Shown one piece after another: positions 38,403 through 46,030 of a DNA stretch of 46,030 nucleotides (its first letter is position 1; each line of letters begins with the position of its first letter). Location: assembly GCA_947457515.1 (NCBI GenBank), contig CANGWC010000003.1:1-46030 (forward strand), given 5' to 3'. A program made the translations under genes and the position numbers. The DNA comes from Silvanigrellaceae bacterium. Lineage in GTDB: Bacteria; Bdellovibrionota_B; Oligoflexia; Silvanigrellales; CANGWC01. The notes under the pieces were generated by a model, which saw only the letters and a list, made by a program, of their open reading frames with translations, searched no databases and was not told the origin of the DNA.

Positions 38403-39689
38403 GTGAATTCTTCAAAAGATTGGTATGAAAGAAGCCTGAAACTTTTCCCTGGGGGAGTGAATTCTCCTGTACGTTCTTTTAAATCTGTAGGGTGTGAACC
38501 TAAGCTCTTTGCCCAGGGTTTAGGTCCGTACATGTATGATACAGATGGTCAAAGATATATAGATTTCTGTTGTTCTTGGGGTCCTTTGATCTTAGGTCAT
38601 TTGCACCCTTATGTTGTTCAAAAATTGAATCAACAGATCTCTACAGCCATGACATTTGGAGCAACCTGTCCACAGGAAATTCTTTTAGGGGAAGAGATTT
38701 TGAATCACTGGTTTACATCCATGGAGAAACTCCGGTTTGTAAACAGTGGAACAGAAGCTTCTATGAGTGTTTTGCGTTTAGCTAGGGGTTATACAAGCAG
38801 AAAAAAAATCGTTAAATTTGAGGGCTGTTATCATGGTCATGTGGACAGTCTTTTGATCTCAGCAGGAAGTGGCCTTGCCCAGTTTGGAGAACCCACTTCT
38901 CCAGGAGTCATTAATTTCGAAGAAACATTAGTAGTTCCATATAATGATCTTGAAGCGCTTCAAGCTGTATTTAAAGAATATGGCGAAGAGATTGCTGCAG
39001 TTATGATTGAACCTATGGCAGCAAACATGGGGTTAGTTCTTCCTCAAAAAGGTTTCTTAGAAGGGATCAGATCTCTGACCACTCAATATAAAAGTCTTTT
39101 TATCTTTGATGAAGTGATGACGGGATTTCGTATTCATAAAGGAGGCAGTCATTTAGCTTTCGGTGTTCAACCAGATCTTTGGACCATGGGTAAAATCGTA
39201 GGAGGAGGTCTCCCTGCAGCAGCCTATGGTGGCAAAAAAGAAATTATGGATTGGATTTCTCCCAGTGGTCCTATTTATCAAGCGGGAACGTTATCTGGAA
39301 ATCCTTTAGCTATGGCAGCAGGATTAGCTACATTACAATATGTTCGTGAAAATAATGTTTTAGAACATCTTGAAGAATTAGGAAAAGAGCTAGATCTTCT
39401 TGTATCTGAAAGATTAGAAAAATATAAACAAAAAGGACTATTAGTATATGTGCGTAAAGCATCTTTCTTCTGTTTCTTTTTTGGGACTAAATCATTACCT
39501 CAAAATTTTAAAGAAGTGGATGCTTGTAATATGGATCTCTTCTCAGAAGTGTATGCTAAATGGTTAGAAACAGGCGTTTATATGGGACCAAGTGGATATG
39601 AAGTGGGATTTTTAAGTTACAGCCATAACCGTAGTCATTTAGAGAAACTGTTAGAGGCTATTGTGATAACTTGTGAAGGTATCCGTTGA
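38403..39689 (+). CDS. hemL: Glutamate-1-semialdehyde 2,1-aminomutase
   Basis: PGGVNSPVR, SWGPLILGH, NSGTEA, FEGCYHGH, FDEVMTGFR, GKIVGGGLP, YQAGTLSGNP. Confidence 0.97.
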   Translation: MNSSKDWYERSLKLFPGGVNSPVRSFKSVGCEPKLFAQGLGPYMYDTDGQRYIDFCCSWGPLILGHLHPYVVQKLNQQISTAMTFGATCPQEILLGEEILNHWFTSMEKLRFVNSGTEASMSVLRLARGYTSRKKIVKFEGCYHGHVDSLLISAGSGLAQFGEPTSPGVINFEETLVVPYNDLEALQAVFKEYGEEIAAVMIEPMAANMGLVLPQKGFLEGIRSLTTQYKSLFIFDEVMTGFRIHKGGSHLAFGVQPDLWTMGKIVGGGLPAAAYGGKKEIMDWISPSGPIYQAGTLSGNPLAMAAGLATLQYVRENNVLEHLEELGKELDLLVSERLEKYKQKGLLVYVRKASFFCFFFGTKSLPQNFKEVDACNMDLFSEVYAKWLETGVYMGPSGYEVGFLSYSHNRSHLEKLLEAIVITCEGIR

Positions 39690-40423
39690 ATTTGTAAAAA
39701 TATATTCCGAAAATATCGTATATAAAACATACGATTAAATGTCCGGGCTTCGGATACTGAGATCTCTTTGGTGGAAGAGATCAAAAAGTTTAGCCTTTGT
39801 GTAAGTTTAGAATGAGCTTCTTTAAAAGATGTAGCATTTGAAGCGTTTACAAAGATAATTTTAATAGTATCTCCAGATAGGATGGGTTGATACATATATA
39901 TGTTACTTTTGGGATCATCCTTCGTTCTTTTATAAGAGAATAATCTGAATTCTTGTGCAAATCTGATGAGTCTTGCTACTTTTTGAATGGGATTTAAGGG
40001 AGGTTTGTCTGGGGAAAAAAGAAGAGACTCGTGATTTAAAAAGTTAAATAAACTTAGAACATCCATGATGTAATACGACATTATTTCGTATTCAAAAATT
40101 TCTTTTTCATCACCTTTTTCTTTGAGTTGTTCATAATATTCAGCTTCCACAGGACTTAAATCCACAGGCCCTGAATCATTTTCTGTATCAAGAATATTTT
40201 TCATTTTTTCAAAAAATAGGCCATATTTTTTGTTAAAGTCTTGGGAAGAATAACTTAAATAGTGTGCTACAGCAGACTGTGCTAGCAATAAAAGAGGTTT
40301 TAAATCTTTATGAGAAGGAGTAAAGGTGATGTATTTATAAGTCACATTAACGATAGAAGCTTTGGGTTCTACAGCAAAAGTAATAGTAGTCAAAAGTAAA
40401 GAAAGAAGAAATAAAATATTCAT
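39635..40423 (-). CDS. Secreted hypothetical protein
   Basis: Signal peptide (TFA), GGAG RBS, no recognisable domain; 55-bp tail-to-tail overlap with hemL. Confidence 0.65.
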   Translation of the reverse strand: MNILFLLSLLLTTITFAVEPKASIVNVTYKYITFTPSHKDLKPLLLLAQSAVAHYLSYSSQDFNKKYGLFFEKMKNILDTENDSGPVDLSPVEAEYYEQLKEKGDEKEIFEYEIMSYYIMDVLSLFNFLNHESLLFSPDKPPLNPIQKVARLIRFAQEFRLFSYKRTKDDPKSNIYMYQPILSGDTIKIIFVNASNATSFKEAHSKLTQRLNFLISSTKEISVSEARTFNRMFYIRYFRNIFLQIQRIPSQVITIASNSFSK

Positions 40424-40454
40424 ACCAAACGACTCCCAGGATCAATGGAAAAGT

Positions 40455-41219
40455 TTAGCGATACACCATATGCAAAGATTTTAAGATCATCTTAGAAATA
40501 TAGGTCACGACTTTAATCAGAAAAAATCCTAATATAATAAGATATAATAATGTGGAGAAAAGTCGAGCACCTTCTAATTCATAACTGGCCATCATAATGT
40601 GGTAGGCAAGACCTTTTTGGGAGTAGTCAGATCCAATCACAAATTCTCCCCCTAAAGCTCCTAATAGGCAGAGTTGTACACAGATCTTAAGAGACTCAAA
40701 AAAATAAGAAAGAGAAAAAGGTATTTTCAATAATCTGATTTGATCCCATAAAGAAGCTGAATAAAAAGTAAATACCCAATTGAGAGATCTTTGGGTTTGT
40801 TTGAGTCCATTGAGAGTGCCTGAAAGTAAAGTGAAGAAACCTGAAAGACCTGAGGCAAGAATAAGGGTCAGCATTCGATCTTCTTTAAACCAAAGGAGGA
40901 ATAAAGGAGCGAAAACAATCATAGGAAGTGTTTGTAAGACTCCTATGAAAGGAGCTATGACCCATTCAGAAAGAGGAATATAGAGGAATAAAGTCGTTAG
41001 CATAATGGTTAAAAATACAGCGGTACAAACTCCTCCTAATGTGATTTTTAAGGTGACGAGTAAGCTTGAGATTAAAGGCAACCTGTTTTCCCAGGAATAG
41101 TTTAAAACATTGAGAGGAGAAGGGAAGAAATAATCTGGAACATTAAAATAAGGCAATAAAATCTGGATAAGACAGCCACAAAATACAAATAGTAAGAATT
41201 TATAAAATAGTTGTTTCAG
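40455..41219 (-). CDS. NitT/TauT-family ABC transporter permease
   Basis: FFPSP, LQTLP...APL..LW, ASLWDQ...LKIP, GEF..GL motifs; frame open upstream of TTG 41156 to a CTG at 41219 that supplies the first TM helix. Confidence 0.85.
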   Translation of the reverse strand: MKQLFYKFLLFVFCGCLIQILLPYFNVPDYFFPSPLNVLNYSWENRLPLISSLLVTLKITLGGVCTAVFLTIMLTTLFLYIPLSEWVIAPFIGVLQTLPMIVFAPLFLLWFKEDRMLTLILASGLSGFFTLLSGTLNGLKQTQRSLNWVFTFYSASLWDQIRLLKIPFSLSYFFESLKICVQLCLLGALGGEFVIGSDYSQKGLAYHIMMASYELEGARLFSTLLYLIILGFFLIKVVTYISKMILKSLHMVYR

Positions 41220-41962
41220 TTGAGATCTCTTAGAAGTTGATGTTGTATTTCTGATTTGAGTTTTTGGTATTTGTCTGTGAAGGAAAATTCTAAAGTTCTA
41301 GGGAAAGGTTCATCAATGGTAATGATTCTTTTAATCTGTCCTGGAAGAGAAGAAAGAATGATCACTTTATGTGAAAGAAGAAGAGCTTCTTGAATGCTAT
41401 GTGTGATCATGACTGCAGACCATTTCATTTTATCCCAAAGATTTAAAAGCTCTTCAATGAGTTTGAGTTTAGTTAATTCATCTAAAGAGGCAAAGGGTTC
41501 ATCTAAAAGAAGAACTTTAGGTTCCAAAATCAGTGCTCTTGCTAAAGCAACACGCATTTTCATTCCTCCAGAGATTTGATGGGGATAAGATTGTAAAAAT
41601 GCAGAAAGACCGACTTTTTCTAGGATGTCTTTACCTTTTTGTAAACGTTCTTGAGGAGTGAAGAGTTTTTGGAGTCTTAAAGGTAAGATCACATTCTTTA
41701 AAACGGTAGACCAAGGTAACAGAGCAGAGTCTTGGAAGACGACTCCTTTAAGGATATCTGTATTCCAGGTTAAAGTTCCAGAATCTATCGGGAAGAATCC
41801 ACATAGAAGTTGAATCAGAGTGCTTTTACCACAACCAGATGGACCTAAGATACTGATGACTTCCCCGGGATTTAAATCAAAAGAAATATCTTTAATAATA
41901 GATTTACCTTGAAATTTTTTATCTACATTTTGTAATGAGAGAATAGGCTTAAAATCACTCAT
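41216..41962 (-). CDS. NitT/TauT-family ABC transporter ATP-binding protein
   Basis: GPSGCGKST, VFQD..LLPW, ISGGMKMR, LLDEPF, ITH. Confidence 0.92.
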   Translation of the reverse strand: MSDFKPILSLQNVDKKFQGKSIIKDISFDLNPGEVISILGPSGCGKSTLIQLLCGFFPIDSGTLTWNTDILKGVVFQDSALLPWSTVLKNVILPLRLQKLFTPQERLQKGKDILEKVGLSAFLQSYPHQISGGMKMRVALARALILEPKVLLLDEPFASLDELTKLKLIEELLNLWDKMKWSAVMITHSIQEALLLSHKVIILSSLPGQIKRIITIDEPFPRTLEFSFTDKYQKLKSEIQHQLLRDLN

Positions 41963-42867
41963 GGGGTGATGCCTAAATAACGTTTCTTAGGATCGAGATA
42001 AGTGTAAGCTCCAGATTTATCACACAGATCATAAAAATGATTCCAACGGGAAGGCATCATCTTATAGGTAGGATTGATAATAGAATGACTCTTTAAAGCT
42101 TTTAAACCATAAAGGATTCTGTCTTTTGTCATCTCAGTGTTTTCTTTTAAAATAACTTTCATAGCTGGTTCAGGGTTTTTCTCAAATTCTTTCCATCCCC
42201 TTAAGGAAGCTTCCAAAAAATCTTTGACTTGTTTTTTATGTTTATCATAAAAATTCTTATTTACTAATATAATATTATCATAGAGATCATATCCCAGATC
42301 ATCCAATAAGATGATCTTGGGCTCATACCCCCAAGCTCTCTTTAAGACGTAAGGTTCGCTTGTGATATAGCCCTCAGCCATGACTTCATGATGATTTAAA
42401 AGAGAATAAAGGTATTTTGTATAAGTTATTTTGTTGATAGGAAGTTTATCTTTTAAAAGAGCCACCCAAGTTTTTTCTCCAAAAGGTTTAGAGGTAAAAT
42501 CTAAAAGTTTTCCTGATTTAAAATCAACGGATGTTGAGGGATGAGTCATCAAAACTTGGGGAGATTTTTGGAAGAAAGCGCCTACAGGAACAAGGGGGAG
42601 ATCCTCTTTGATAATGCGTAAAACATCAAAACTATTTCCTAATGTAATATCGCCATAACCGTTTAAAGTTAAATAAATATTATTGATACCAGGACCACCT
42701 TTAATAATAGTCAAATCTAAATTAATAGACTTATAATAATGGTTCACCAGGGCAGTATAAAAACCCCCATGCTCTACTTCTGGGTACCAATGAGTTATAA
42801 AACGTATAGGTAGAGCAAAACTTATGGAAAAGAATAAAAAAACAGGGAATAGAACTTTTAGTTTCAT
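41959..42867 (-). CDS. NMT1/THI5-like ABC substrate-binding protein
   Basis: W.PEVEHGGFY.A...GYY-like start, GGP, FQKSPQ, YITSEP, FLEASLRGW; real start MKLKVL at 42867 with signal peptide. Confidence 0.85.
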   Translation of the reverse strand: MKLKVLFPVFLFFSISFALPIRFITHWYPEVEHGGFYTALVNHYYKSINLDLTIIKGGPGINNIYLTLNGYGDITLGNSFDVLRIIKEDLPLVPVGAFFQKSPQVLMTHPSTSVDFKSGKLLDFTSKPFGEKTWVALLKDKLPINKITYTKYLYSLLNHHEVMAEGYITSEPYVLKRAWGYEPKIILLDDLGYDLYDNIILVNKNFYDKHKKQVKDFLEASLRGWKEFEKNPEPAMKVILKENTEMTKDRILYGLKALKSHSIINPTYKMMPSRWNHFYDLCDKSGAYTYLDPKKRYLGITP

Positions 42868-44101
42868 TAAAACTATAACTAGTACCGCATTTAGAGCGGG
42901 AACGGAAATGATCAAAAACAAATCATCGGAAGATGACGCTTTTATCAGTCCTGCAGCACTTCGATTTGTAGAAGGGTTAGATGATCTTAAAGGTGCTGCC
43001 ATGAAAGTGGGACAGCTCTTAAGCTTATTAGATGAAAATGCACTCCCTAAAGGATGGAAAACAGCCTTAACACGGCTTCAATCAGAGGCGAATTCACGGT
43101 CTTGGGAGGAAATGCATCCCCTTCTTAAAAAATCTTTAGGAAGTTCTCTAAATCAATTGGATCAAATTGAAACAGAAGCTTTGCATGCAGCAAGTATTGG
43201 GCAAGTTCATAGAGCTCACTACATACCCTCTGATACAACTGTAGCTTTAAAAATCAGATATCCCCAGGTGAGAGAATCTATTAAAAGCGATCTGAATAAT
43301 TTACGCAGATTATTTAAATTAGGTGCTTTTATTAATATTAGAGGAGACTTTGAAGATGTTTTTAAGACTGTAGAAAAAATGCTCCTACAAGAAACAGATT
43401 TTCTTCAAGAGAAAAGTTTCTATGAAATTTATTTTGAATTTTTAAAAGGTAAAAATGAATTTCAGGTACCTATGATCATTGATGAAATGTGCACCCAAGA
43501 TGTTTTAGTGACTCAATGGGTAGAAGCAGAGTCACTGGAGAAATGGTTAGCCACATTTCCTTCTTTACAGAAAAGAGATGTGATTTCTCATCATCTTTTA
43601 AAGATTCTTTTTCTAGAGATTTTCCAACTTAAAGTCATTCAAACGGACCCTAATCCTGGAAATTTTTTAGTGACGGAAGATATGAAACTGGTCTTATTAG
43701 ATTTTGGTGCAGCACAGAAAATATCAGCTAAATTAGTTGCTCAGTATAAAAAACTCTTTTTAGCAACAATGGATAATAATATATCTCAAATTTTTCAAAC
43801 AGCTTATGAAATGGGATTTCTTGTAGAAAATGATACTGCACAAAGTCATGATCTTTTTTATGAAACAGTTAAACTTTCTTTAGAACCTTTTTTCCCAGAG
43901 GAGTATTCTTGGTATAAATGTGGATTAGTGGAGAGAGTTCGTAAGATAGCTTGGAAATTCACTCAATCTATCCATTTTAGAGCTCCACCTAAAGAAGTTG
44001 TTTGGATCAATAGAAGATTATTAGGGAATCAACTGATGCTAGAGAATATTGGAGCAACAGCGTCTGCAAGACAGATCATTTATAGTGCCATTGAAGGTTA
44101 G
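42824..44101 (+). CDS. ABC1/UbiB/Coq8-family atypical kinase
   Basis: LKGAAMKVGQ, AASIGQVH, VALKIRYP, QTDPNPGNF, LLDFGA; start could alternatively be 42908. Confidence 0.9.
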   Translation: MEKNKKTGNRTFSFIKTITSTAFRAGTEMIKNKSSEDDAFISPAALRFVEGLDDLKGAAMKVGQLLSLLDENALPKGWKTALTRLQSEANSRSWEEMHPLLKKSLGSSLNQLDQIETEALHAASIGQVHRAHYIPSDTTVALKIRYPQVRESIKSDLNNLRRLFKLGAFINIRGDFEDVFKTVEKMLLQETDFLQEKSFYEIYFEFLKGKNEFQVPMIIDEMCTQDVLVTQWVEAESLEKWLATFPSLQKRDVISHHLLKILFLEIFQLKVIQTDPNPGNFLVTEDMKLVLLDFGAAQKISAKLVAQYKKLFLATMDNNISQIFQTAYEMGFLVENDTAQSHDLFYETVKLSLEPFFPEEYSWYKCGLVERVRKIAWKFTQSIHFRAPPKEVVWINRRLLGNQLMLENIGATASARQIIYSAIEG

Positions 44102-44102
44102 G

Positions 44103-44915
44103 TTATATTCTTTTAGCTGGAGCGAAGGCTTCTAAGAGTTGTTCATTATAATCAACGTCATTTAATTTATGAGTTTGAGCATAGTCTTCAAATGTATCTC
44201 CAGAATAATATTCTTTTTCTTCTAAGAAAGATTGAAAAAGCTTTAAGGATTGCGTGGAGGTCTCACTGAGAAGAGATTGTCGAAGTGAATTAAAAATATC
44301 AATAATATCAGTAATTGGAGTCGTTACACCAGAATTAATAGATTCATCATTTTCTCTATAGAAAAGGATAAGAGCGTATAGATGAGTAGGAGGTAAATCA
44401 TTAGGTTGAAAGGTATGCTTTAAAGCATGAACAGGTTTTAAAAATAAAATATCAAGAAGTGTGTCGATAAAAGTATCATTAATAGAGTCAATATTTCGAG
44501 TTGTAAGAGAAATAAACTGATAGTTATCACGGGGAGATCTATAGCGTGATTTATTCAAGCTATCGAGCTCTAGTATAAAGTTTTTTACACGGAGTAAAAT
44601 AATTTCATTAAAGGTATCAAAAGGTCGCTTAATATCTTGAGTATAATCTATAGGGAAAGATTTTTGATGAAAATCATAAAACTTAATCAGTTCTGAGATG
44701 AGATTATCAAGACTTTCTTGTATGGCGGTATCACTAGGGGATTGCTGAATATCATTAAAGACTTCTTGAAGTTTTTTATATTTACGAACTGTTTCTATGA
44801 GTTCACTGAAAACACCAAATGGGCGAGCAACTTCTCCACCTCCTCCGATAATAATATCAGCATGGCCTAAGATAAAGTGAGATAAATAAACAAAAATGAG
44901 TAATAATTTTTTCAT
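44103..44915 (-). CDS. Secreted hypothetical protein, tandem paralog B1
   Basis: Signal peptide, GGGGEV, shared FSE.I.T, P.DYT.D..PF..F, PTHLYAL, TFEDY, LEAF with 45048-45767. Confidence 0.75.
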   Translation of the reverse strand: MKKLLLIFVYLSHFILGHADIIIGGGGEVARPFGVFSELIETVRKYKKLQEVFNDIQQSPSDTAIQESLDNLISELIKFYDFHQKSFPIDYTQDIKRPFDTFNEIILLRVKNFILELDSLNKSRYRSPRDNYQFISLTTRNIDSINDTFIDTLLDILFLKPVHALKHTFQPNDLPPTHLYALILFYRENDESINSGVTTPITDIIDIFNSLRQSLLSETSTQSLKLFQSFLEEKEYYSGDTFEDYAQTHKLNDVDYNEQLLEAFAPAKRI

Positions 44916-44942
44916 AGGAAATACCTCTTATAATTTTTATTA

Positions 44943-44971
44943 ATTATTAAGGTTTGTAAGGGAAAAATCAA
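44943..44971 (-). promoter_or_regulatory. Putative promoter of paralog B1
   Basis: TTGATT-N17-AATAAT on the minus strand, same boxes and spacing as upstream of B2. Confidence 0.5.
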
Positions 44972-45047
44972 TCAATTGAGCCCAAAAACATGTGCTTTGA
45001 ATCAGTACTATTTTGAAACAAATATAAAATTTTTTAACTAAACTAGA

Positions 45048-45767
45048 TTAGGTTTTTTGTGCTTTAAAGAAAGCTTCTAAGATTTCTCTATTGTATTCGG
45101 AATCAGGTAAACTCTGTGTTTTAAAATAATCTTCGAATGTTCCTTTAAATTTATTAGAATCTAATTCTAGATAATATTTAAAAATATCTAAAGATTGTGA
45201 AATATTATCTTTAGGTAAATTTTCATCAGAGAATCTAGGGAATTCTTCGAGATACAGATGCAATAAAGCATACAAGTGAGTAGGGGAGTATTCTTTTGCA
45301 TTAGAGAAACTACTTAATGGGCTATTATCTTTGAAATTTAGAATACGATTTACTGTACTCTCAAAAAGTCCATTAATAATTTCTATGGATTTTGAAATCA
45401 GATTAGGTGATCGGGGATCATCTTTTCCTTCAGTTAAGTGATACTTAATTAATAGGATCTGTTTATCTAACTCCCCAGTGATATAACTATCAAAAGCTAC
45501 AAATGGTTGAGCACTGTCTAAGGTATAATCCACAGGAAGAATGAGTTTATGGGAATTAAAGAAATCCATAATGTTTGATATAAGGCCATCCAGACTTCGT
45601 TGTATAAGTTCATTATCGAGGGATTCAAGATCTGTTTTGTACAAATTGATTGTATTAATAACTTCTGAAAATGGACCGTATAGAGGAGGCTCTTGAGCTA
45701 TAGCAATATGGTTATTGCCCAAAATAAAATAAGACAAATACATAAAAATGAGAAACAGTTTTTTCAT
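45048..45767 (-). CDS. Secreted hypothetical protein, tandem paralog B2
   Basis: Start MKKLFL at 45767 with GAGG RBS; signal peptide (AIA); aligns with B1. Confidence 0.75.
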   Translation of the reverse strand: MKKLFLIFMYLSYFILGNNHIAIAQEPPLYGPFSEVINTINLYKTDLESLDNELIQRSLDGLISNIMDFFNSHKLILPVDYTLDSAQPFVAFDSYITGELDKQILLIKYHLTEGKDDPRSPNLISKSIEIINGLFESTVNRILNFKDNSPLSSFSNAKEYSPTHLYALLHLYLEEFPRFSDENLPKDNISQSLDIFKYYLELDSNKFKGTFEDYFKTQSLPDSEYNREILEAFFKAQKT

Positions 45768-45793
45768 GAAGAACCTCATATAGCTTTTTATTT

Positions 45794-45822
45794 ATTATTT
45801 AGGTAGTTATAATAAAAATCAA
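45794..45822 (-). promoter_or_regulatory. Putative promoter of paralog B2
   Basis: TTGATT-N17-AATAAT on the minus strand. Confidence 0.5.
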
Positions 45823-45849
45823 TTTTTTTATAGTAATTTTTTTTAAAAG

Positions 45850-45897
45850 TTATATTTTACGAGCATAAGAAAAAGCATCTAGTAATTTTTTATCATA
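45850..45897 (-). pseudogene. Relic 3' end of a third B-family paralog
   Basis: Translates YDKKLLDAFSYARKI-stop versus YNEQLLEAFAPAKRI-stop (B1) and YNREILEAFFKAQKT-stop (B2). Confidence 0.55.
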
Positions 45898-46013
45898 TTG
45901 ATTCCCTGTGTGCCAATAATACGTGGTACAGATCTTAAAAATAATTAAGATAAATTGAAGGGCGAAGAAGGAATCAAAGATCATGATAAAAGATCAAATA
46001 TCCGAGAACAAAG

Positions 46014-46030
46014 GGGAAGGTTTCCTTCCC
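46014..46030 (-). terminator. Probable intrinsic terminator hairpin (cut by window edge)
   Basis: GGGAAGG-ttt-CCTTCCC perfect 7-bp stem; followed by CTTTGTT on the minus strand. Confidence 0.5.

Noticed and set aside
505-41579. Short alternative-frame or antisense ORFs in the track (e.g. 505-726, 2388-2792, 17855-18088, 21378-21698, 29350-29640, 38216-38533, 40780-40983)
   Set aside because: They lie within well-supported genes, have no motifs or RBS, and are expected shadows
1-46030. tRNA, rRNA, CRISPR array, riboswitch or IS element
   Set aside because: No intergenic stretch showed the repeats, cloverleaf motifs, GC-rich structure or transposase expected; a covariance-model scan was not possible

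Overview
AT-rich, very compact bacterial chromosome segment with many overlapping genes and almost no intrinsic terminators. The gene order (uppS-rseP-tsaB-pssA-asd, efp-accB-accC) and the many signal-peptide orphan proteins suggest a Gram-negative organism, possibly Bdellovibrionota/Oligoflexia-like (inference only). The housekeeping backbone (prc, asd, pssA, rseP, uppS, hisS, glgP, accBC, efp, lysS, rpsR, sodB, hemL, ABC transporters, an ABC1/UbiB kinase) is interrupted by accessory material. That material comprises an AbiEi/AbiEii type IV toxin-antitoxin pair, a surface-glycan cluster (double-domain GT4, O-antigen ligase-like protein, degenerate methyltransferase, CFI-box-CTERM/beta-barrel lipoprotein) and a large Cys-rich lipoprotein. 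It also includes three separate tandem arrays of secreted proteins. The best candidate for an undescribed system is the operon at 27282-33740: a beta-barrel, a cytochrome c lipoprotein and three disulfide-rich lytic-transglycosylase-like paralogs, running into ZnuCB-like genes and lysS. Two arrays carry DNA scars showing that the duplicated unit captured the 3' end of the upstream gene, and the third has a relic copy. Also seen are a probable CTG start codon, an unannotated 37-aa membrane microprotein ahead of an HNH nuclease, and a head-to-head gene overlap. No rRNA, tRNA, CRISPR array, transposase or integrase was recognised.
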